Program-made: the position numbers and the translations under genes | Assembly: GCA_964016885.1 (NCBI GenBank) | Contig: OZ024743.1 | Location: 378,076,001 to 378,140,000 of the forward strand | Reading direction: 5' to 3' | Length of the DNA stretch: 64,000 bases | Source of the DNA: Eledone cirrhosa | Taxonomy: Eukaryota | In this document: positions 53,001-64,000 of the stretch, in pieces | Position numbering within the stretch: the first letter of the stretch is position 1 | Layout: each line of letters opens with the position of its first letter | The notes under the pieces: model-generated | Database searches by the model: none | What the model was told of the DNA's origin: nothing | Seen by the model: only the letters and a program-made list of their open reading frames with translations

Positions 53001-56000
53001 CTGCCAACACCACTACCATCACACCACCACTGCCAACAACACCACTACCATCACACCACCACTGCCAACAACACCATTACCATCATACCACCACTGCCAA
53101 CGACATCACTATCATCACACCACCACTGCCAACAACATCACTACCATCACACCACCACTGCCAACAACATTATTACCATCACACCAACGCTGCCAACAAT
53201 ACCACTACCATCACACCACCAGTGCCAAGAACCTCACTACCATCACACCACCACTGCCAACAACATCACTACCATCACAGCACCACTGCCAACAACACCA
53301 TTACCATCACACCACCACTCAACCACACCACTGCCAACAACACCATTACCATCATACCACCACTCATCAACACCACTGCCAACAACACAATTACCATCAT
53401 ACCACCACGCAACAACATCACTGACAACAACACCATTACCATCATACCACCACTGCCAACAACACCATTACCATCATACCACCACTGCCAACAACATCAC
53501 TACCATCACACCACCACTGCAAACATCACCACTACCATCACACCACCACTGCCAACAACATCACTACCATCATACCACCACTGCCAACAACACCATTACC
53601 ATCATACCACCACTGCCAACAACACCATTACCATCACACCACCACTGCCAACAACATCATTTCCATCACACCACCGCTGCCAACAATACTACTACCATCA
53701 CACCACCACTGCCAACAACATCACTACCATCACACCACCACTGCCAACAACATCACTACCATCACACCACAACTGCCAACAACATCAGTACCATCACACC
53801 ACCACTGCCAACAACACCATTAAGATCACACCACCAGTGCCAAGAATATCACTACCATCACACCACCACTGCCAATAACATCACTACAATCACACCACCA
53901 CTGCCAACAACATCACTACCATCACACCACCACTGCCAACATCACTACCAACAACACCATTACCATCATACCACCACTCAACCACACCATTACCATCACA
54001 CCACCACTGCCAACAACACCATTACCATCACACCACCACTGCCAACAACATCACTACCATCACACCACCACTGCCAACAACATCACTACCATCACACCAC
54101 CGCTGCCAACAACACCATAACCAACACACCATCACAGCCAACAACATCACTACCATCACACCACCACTGCCAACAACACCACTGCCAACATCACTACCAA
54201 CAACACCATTACCATCATACCACCACTCAACCACACCACTGCCAACAACACCATTACCATCACACCACCACTGCCAACAACATCACTACCATCACACCAC
54301 CACTGCCAACAACATCACTACCATCACACCACCACTGCCAACAACACCATAACCAACACACCATCACAGCCAACAACATCACTACCATCACACCACCACT
54401 GCCAACAAGACAATTTCCATCACACCACCACTGCCAACAACACCATTACCATCATACCACCACTCAACAACACCATTACCATCATACTACCATTCAACAA
54501 CACCACTGCCAACATCACCACTACCATCACACTACCACTGCAAACAAAACCATTACCATCATACAATCACTCAACAACACCACTGCCAACAGCACCATTA
54601 CCATCACACCACCACTGCCAACAACACCATTACCATCACACCACCACTGCCAACAACACCATTACCATCACACCACCACTGTCAACAACATCAATACGAT
54701 CACACCACCACTGCCAACAACACCATTACCATCACACCACCACTGCCAACAACACCATTACCATCACACCACCACTGCCAACAACATCATTACCATCACA
54801 CCAACGCTGCCAACAATACCATTACCATCATACCACCACTGCCAACAACATCACTACCATCACTGCCAACAACATCACTACAATCACACCACCACTGCCA
54901 ACAACATCACTACCATCAGACCACCACTGCCAACAACACCATTACCATCACACCACCACTGCCAACAACACCATTACCATCATACCACCACTGCCAACAA
55001 CAACATTACCATCATACCACCACTGCCAACAACACCATTACCATCATACCACCACTCAACAACACCATTACCATCACACCACCACTGCCAACAACACCAT
55101 TACCATCATACCACCACTCAAATACACCACTGCCAACAACACCATTACCATCATACCACCACTCAACAACACCATTACCATCATACCACCACTGCCAACA
55201 ACACCATTACCATCATACCACCACTCAACAACACCATTACCATCACACAACCACTGCCAACAACACCATTACCATCATACCACCACTACCATCATACCAC
55301 CATTCAACAACACCTTTACCATCACACCACCACTGCCAACAACACCATTACCATCACACCACCACTGCCAACAACACCATTACCATCACCACACCATTAC
55401 CATCATACCACCACTGCCAACAACACCATTACCATCACACCACCACTGCCAACAACACCATTACCATCATACCACCACTGCTAACAACACCATTACCATC
55501 ACACCACCACTGCCAACAACGCCATTACCATCACACCACCACTGCCAACAACACCATTACCATCATACCACCACTCAACAACACCATTACCATCATACCA
55601 CCACTGCCAACAACACCATTACCATCATACCACCACTCAACAACACCATTACCATCACACAACCACTGCCAACAACACCATTACCATCACACCACCATTC
55701 AACAACACCATTACCATCACACCACCACTGCCAACAACACCATTACCATCACACCACCACTGCCAACAACACCATTACCATCACACCACCACTGCCAACA
55801 ACGCCATTACCATCACACCACCACTGCCAACAACACCATTACCATCACACCACCACTGCCAACAACACCACTACCATCACACCACCACTGCCAACAACAC
55901 CATTACCATCACACCACCACTGCCAACAACACCACTACCATCATACCACCACTCAACAACACCATTACCATCACACCACCACTGCCAACAACACCACTAC

Positions 56001-59000
56001 CATCACACCACCACTGCCAGCAACACCACTACCATCACACCACCACTGCCAACAACACCATTACCATCACACCACCACTGCCAACAACACCACTACCATC
56101 ATACCACCACTCAACAACACCATTACCATCACACCACCACTGCCAACAACACCACTACCATCATACCACCACTCAACAACACCATTACCATCACACCGCC
56201 ACTGCCAACAACATCACTACCATCATACCACCACTGCCAACAACACCATTACCATCGCACCACCACTGCCAACAACATCACTACAATCACACCACCACTA
56301 CCGTCACAACACCACTGCCAACACCATTACCATCACACCACCACTGCCAACAACACCATTACCATCATACCACCACTCAACAACACCATTACCATCATAC
56401 TACAAACAAGACCATTACCATCACATCACCACTACCATCACACCACCACTGCAAACAACACCATTACGATCATACCACCACTCAACAACACCATTACCAT
56501 CATACCACCACTCAACAACATCACTACCATCACACCACCACTGCCAACAGCACCATTACAATCACACCACCACTGCCAACAACACCATTACCATCACACC
56601 ACCACTGCCAACAACATCACTACCATCACACCACCACTGCCAACAACATCACTACCATCACACCACCACTGCCAACAACACCATTACCATCACACCACCA
56701 CTGCCAACAACACCATTACCATCACACCACCAGTGCCAAGAATATCACTACCATCACACCACCACTGCCAATAACATCACTAACATCACACCACCACTGC
56801 CAACAATACCATTACCATCACACCACCACTGCCAACAACATCACTACCATCACACCACCACTCAACAACACCATTACCATCATACCACCACTCAATAACA
56901 CCATTACCATCATACCACCACTCAACAACAACACTGCCAACAACACCATTACCATCACACCACCACTGCCAAAAACACCATTACCATCATAATACCACTA
57001 AACATCATCACTGCCAACAACACCATTAAGATCACACCACCAGTGCCAAGAATATCACTACCATCACACCACCACTGCCAATAACATCACTACCATCACA
57101 CCACCACTGCCAACAACATCACTACCATCACACCACCACTGCCAACAACATCACTACCATCACACCACCACTGCCAACATCACTACCAACAACACCATTA
57201 CCATCATACCACCACTCAACAACACCATTACCATCACAGCACCACTGCCAACAACACCATTACCATCACACCACCACTGCCAACAACATCCCTACCATCA
57301 CACCACCAGTGCCAACAACATCACTACCATCACACCACCACTGCCAACAACACCATTACCATCATACCACCACTCAACAACACCATTACCATCACACAAC
57401 CACTGCCAACAACACCATTACCATCACACCACCATTCAACAACACCATTACCATCACACCACCACTGCCAACAACACCATTACCATCACACCACCACTGC
57501 CAACAACACCATTACCATCACACCACCACTGCCAACAACGCCATTACCATCACACCACCACTGCCAACAACACCATTACCATCACACCACCACTGCCAAC
57601 AACACCACTACCATCAAACCACCACTGCCAACAACACCACTACCATCACACCACCACTGCCAACAACACCAATACCATCACACCACCACTGCCAACAACA
57701 CCACTACCATCATACCACCACTCAACAACACCATTACCATCACACCACCACTGCCAACAACACCACTGCCAACAACACCACTACCATCACACCACCACTG
57801 CCAACAACACCACTACCATCACACCACCACTGCCAACAACACCATTACCATCACACCACCACTACCATCATACCACCACTCAACAACACCATTACCATCA
57901 CACCACCACTGCCAACAACACCACTACCATCATACCACCACTCAACAACACCATTACCATCACACCGCCGCTGCCAACAACATCACTACCATCATACCAC
58001 CACTGCCAACAACACCATTACCATCGCACCACCACTGCCAACAACATCACTACAATCACACCACCACTACCGTCACAACACCACTGCCAACACCATTACC
58101 ATCACACCACCACTGCCAACAACACCATTACCATCATACCACCACTCAACAACACCATTACCATCATACTACAAACAAGACCATTACCATCACACCACCA
58201 CTGCAAACAACACCATTACGATCATACCACCACTCAACAACACCATTACCATCATACCACCACTCAACAACATCACTACCATCACACCACCACTGCCAAC
58301 AGCACCATTACAATCACACCACCACTGCCAACAACACCATTACCATCACACCACCACTGCCAACAACATCACTACCATCACACCACCACTGCCAACAACA
58401 TCACTACCATCACACCACCACTGCCAACAACACCATTACCATCACACCACCACTGCCAACAACACCATTACCATCACACCACCAGTGCCAAGAATATCAC
58501 TACCATCACACCACCAGTGCCAATAACATCACTAACATCACACCACCACTGCCAACAATACCATTACCATCACACCACCACTGCCAACAACATCACTACC
58601 ATCACACCACCACTCAACAACACCATTACCATCATACCACCACTCAATAACACCATTACCATCATACCACCACTCAACAACAACACTGCCAACAACACCA
58701 TTACCATCATAATACCACTAAACATCATCACTGCCAACAACACCATTAAGATCACACCACCAGTGCCAAGAATATCACTACCATCACACCACCACTGCCA
58801 ATAACATCACTACCATCACACCACCACTGCCAACAACATCACTACCATCACACCACCACTGCCAACAACATCACTACCATCACACCACCACTGCCAACAT
58901 CACTACCAACAACACCATTACCATCATACCACCACTCAACAACACCATTACCATCACACCACCACTGCCAACAACACCATTACCATCACACCACCACTGC

Positions 59001-62000
59001 CAACAACATCCCTACCATCACACCACCAGTGCCAACAACATCACTACCATCACACCACCACTGCCAACAACACCATAACCAATACACCACCAGAGCCAAC
59101 AACATCTCTACCATCACACCACCACTGCCAACAAGACAATTTCCATCACACCACCACTGCCAACAACACTATTACCATCATACCACCACTCAACAACACC
59201 ATTACCATCACACAACCACTGCCAACAACACCATTACCATCATACCACCACTCAACAACACCACTGCCAACAACACCATTGCCATCATACCACCACTCAA
59301 CAACATCACTGCCAACAACACCATTACCATCACACCACCACTGCCAACAACACCATTACCATCACACCATCACTGCCAACAACACCATTACCATTACACC
59401 ACCACTGCCAACAACACCATTACCATCATACCATCACTCAACAACACCATTACCATCACACCACCACAGCCAACAACATCACTACCATCACACCACCACT
59501 GTCAACAACATCACTACCATCACACCACCACTGCCAACAACACCATTACCATCACACCACCACTCAACAACATCACTGCCAACAACATCACTACCATCAC
59601 ACCACCACTGACAACAACATCACTACCATCACACCACCACTGCCAACAACATCACTACCATCACACCACCATTACCATCATACCACCACTGCCAAAAATA
59701 CCATTACCATCATACCACCACTCAACACCATTAACATCACACCACCACTGCCAACAACACCATTACCATCATACCACCACTCAACAACACCATTAACATC
59801 ATACTACCATTCAACAACATCACTGCCAACAAGACCATAAGCACCACTACCATCACAACACCACTGCAAACAACACCATTACCATCACACCACCACTGCC
59901 AACAACAACACTACCATCAGACCACCACTGCCAACAACATCACTACCATCACACCACCACTGCCAACAACACCATTACCATCACACCACCACTACCAACA
60001 ACATCACTACCATCATACCACCACTGCCTACAACAACATTACCATCACACCACCACTGCCAACAACACCATTACCATCACACCACCGGTGCCAAGAACAT
60101 CACTACCATCACAACACCACTGCCAACAACATCACTACCATCACACCACCACTGCCAACACGAATACCATCATACCACCACTGCCAACAACACCATTACC
60201 ATCATATCACCACTCAACAACAACATTACCATCACACCACCACTGCCAACAACACCATTACCATCATACAACCACAAAACAACACCATTACCATCATACC
60301 ACCACTGCCAACAACACCATTACCATCATATCACCACTGCCAACAACACCATTACCATCATACCACCACTCAACAACACCATTACCATCATTCCACCACT
60401 GCAAACAACACCATTACCATCATACCACCACTCAACAACACCATTACCATCACACCACCAAGGCCAATAACATCACTACCATGACACCACCACTGCCAAC
60501 AAGACCATTACCATCACACCACTACTGCCAACAACATCACTACCATCGCACCATCACTGCCAACAACACCATTACCATCACACCACTACTGCCAACAACA
60601 CCATTACCATCACACCACCACTGCCAACAACATCACTACCATCACACCACCACTGCCAACAACACCATTACCATCACACCACCACTGCCAACAACACCAT
60701 TACCATAATATTACCACTGCCAACAACTCCATTACCATCATACCACCACTGCCAACAACACCATTACCATCACACCATCACTGGCAACAACGCCATTACC
60801 ATCACACCACCACTGCCAACAACATCACTACCATCACACCACTACTGCCAACAACATCACTACCATCACACCACCACTGCCAACAGCACCATTACCATCA
60901 TACCACCACTCAACAACACCATTACCATCACACCACCACTGCCAACAACATCACTACCATCACACCACCACTGCCAACAACACCATTTCCATCACACCAC
61001 CACTGCCAACAACACCACTCAACAACATCACTACCATCACACCACCACTGCCAACAACACCATTACCATCATACCACCACTGCCAACAACACCATTACCA
61101 TCATACCACCACTCAACAACACCATTATCATCACACCACCACTGCCAACAACACCATTACCATCATACCACCACTGCCAGCAACACCATTACCATCATAC
61201 CACCACTCAACACCATTACCATCACACCACCACTGCCAACAACACCATTACCATCATACCACCACTCATCAACACCACTGCCAACAACTCCATTACCATC
61301 ATACCACCACCGCCAACAACACCATTACCATCATACCACCACTCATCAACACCACTGCCAACAACACCATTACCATCACACCACCACTGCCAACAACACC
61401 ATTACCATCATACCACCACTCATCAACACCATTACCATCACACCACCACTGCCAACAACACCATTACCATCACACCACCACTGCCAACAACATCACTACC
61501 ATCACACCACCACTGCCAACAACATCACTACCATCACACCACCACTGCCAACAACATCACTACCATCACACCACTACTGCCAACAACACCATTACCATCA
61601 TACCACCACTGCCAACAACACCATTACCATCATACCACCACTCAACAACACCATTACCATCACACCACCACTGCCAACAACACCATTACCATCATACCAC
61701 CACTCAAAAACACCACTGCCAACAACACCATTACCATCATACCACCACACAACAACACCATTACCATCACACCACCACTGCCAACAACACCATTACAATC
61801 ATACCACCACTCAACAACACCATTACCATCACACAACGACTGCCAACAACACCACTACCAACAACACCATTACCATCATACCACCACTCAAGAACACCAC
61901 TGCCAACAACACCATTACCATCATACCACCACTCAACAACATCATTGACAACAACACCATTACCATCATACTACCACTCAACAACACCATTACCATCACA

Positions 62001-64000
62001 CCACCACTGCCAACAACACCATTACCATCACACCACCACTCAAAAACACCACTGCCAACAAGACCATTACCATCATACCACCACTCAACAACACCACTGC
62101 CAACAACACCATTACCATCATACCACCACTCAACAACACCACTGCCAACAAGACCATTACCATCATACCACCACTCAAAAACACCACTGCCAACAACACC
62201 ATTACCATCATACCACCACTCAACAACACCATTACCATCACACCACCACTGCCAACAACACCATTACCATCATACCACCACTCAAAAACACCACTGCCAA
62301 CAAGACCATTTCCATCATACCACCACTGACAACAATACCATTACCATCACACCACCACTGCCAACAACACCATTACAATCATACCACCACTCAACAACAC
62401 CATTACCATCACACAACCACTGCCAACAACACCACTACCAATAACACCATTACCATCATACCACCACTCAAGAACACCACTGCCAACAACACCATTACCA
62501 TCATACCACCACTCAACAACATCATTGACAACAACACCATTACCATCATACTACCACTCAACAACACCATTACCATCACAACACCATTACCATCACACCA
62601 CCACTGCCAACAACACCATTACCATCATACTACCACTCAACAACACCATTACCATCACAACACCATTACCATCATACCACCACTCAACAACACCATTACC
62701 ATCACACCCCCACTGCCAACAACACCATTACCATCATACCACCACTCAACAACACCACTGCCAACAACACCATTGCCATCATACCACCACTCAACAACGT
62801 CACTGCCAACAACACCATTACCATCACACCACCACTGCCAACAACACCATTACCATTATACCATCACTCAACAACACCATTACCATCACAACACCATTAC
62901 CATCACACCACCACAGCCAACAACATCACTACCATCACACCACCACTGTCAACAACATCACTACCATCACACCACCACTGCCAACAACACCATTACCATC
63001 ACACCACCACTGACAACAACATCACTACCATCACACCACCACTGCCAACAACATCACTACCATCACACCACCATTACCATCATACCACCACTGCCAAAAA
63101 TACCATTACCATCATACCACCACTGCCAACAACACCATTACCATCATACTACCATTCAACAACATCACTGCCAACAAGACCATAAGCACCACTACCATCA
63201 CAACACCACTGCAAACAACACCATTACCATCACACCACCACTGCCAACAACAACACTACCATCAGACCACCACTGCCAACAACATCACTACCATCACACC
63301 ACCACTGCCAACAACACCATTACCATCACACCACCACTGCCAACAACACCATTACCATCACACCACCACTGCCAACACCATTACCATCATACCACCACTC
63401 AACAACACCATTACCATCACACCACCACTGCCAGCAACGCCATTACCATCATACCACCACTGCCAACAACAACATTACAATCATATCACCACTCAACAAC
63501 ACCATTACCATCATACTACCACTCAACAACATCACTGCCAACAAGAATATTATCATCACAACACCACTGCCAACATCACCACTACCACCACAACATCATT
63601 ACCATCATACCATCACTCAACAACACCATTACCATCACACCACCACTGCCAACAACACCATTACCATCATACCACCACTGCCAACAACACCATTACTATC
63701 ATACCACCACACCACCACTGCCAACAACACCATTACCATCATACCACCACTCAACAACATCACTGCCAACAACACCATTACCATCACACCACCACTGCCA
63801 ACAACACCATTACCATCATACCACCACTGCCAACAACTCCATTACCATCATACCACCACTGCCAACAACACCATTACTATCATACCACCACTTAACAACA
63901 TCACTGCCAACAACACCATTACCATCACACCACCACTGCCAACAGCATCACTACCATCACAGCACCACTGCCAACAACATCACTACCATCACACCACCAC
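35040..64000. repeat. Satellite array, 32-bp unit ACCACCACTGCCAACAACACCATTACCATCAC, about 900 units, runs off the window end
   Basis: Direct tandem periodicity. Unit composition is 15 C, 12 A, 4 T, 1 G. Variants include CATCACTACC, CATACC and CTCAACAAC, and divergence rises toward the 3' end. Confidence 0.98.

Noticed and set aside
35152-63013. Giant His/Thr/Pro-rich ORFs (up to 2786 aa) as annotated protein-coding genes
   Set aside because: They are overlapping ORFs in all three frames with the same peptide, with no unique N- or C-terminus or signal peptide, and are fully explained by a stop-free satellite. Kept only as a hypothesis in findings.

Overview
AT-rich, repeat-dense animal genomic DNA. 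The repeat landscape (RTE LINEs with (GAT)n tails, tRNA-derived SINEs, TA microsatellites) suggests an octopus/coleoid cephalopod, which is an inference. One real host gene is visible: the last five coding exons of a minus-strand SLC35D1/D2-type nucleotide-sugar transporter (34134-34032, 30864-30772, 29289-29143, 22110-22028, 19646-19562), with canonical GT-AG junctions and a continuous reading frame. The rest is repeat. It includes a complete but frameshifted Tigger/pogo transposon (1476-3990), an internally deleted DD37D-type Tc1/mariner (12237-13105), a rearranged L1/Tx1 LINE (about 22250-26817), a 5'-truncated RTE LINE with a PHD-like finger inside its RT (31559-33942), CR1, R4-like and Penelope remnants, MITEs and SINEs. 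There is also a 31-bp minisatellite (about 5856-8080) and a >29-kb 32-bp satellite (35040 to window end) that probably lies in an intron of the transporter gene. The giant His/Thr/Pro-rich ORFs in the ORF track come from that satellite. I see no convincing evidence of a wholly new biological system. The most notable structures are the frame-invariant satellite with higher-order repeats, several long near-perfect hairpins, and stacked TA-targeted insertions.
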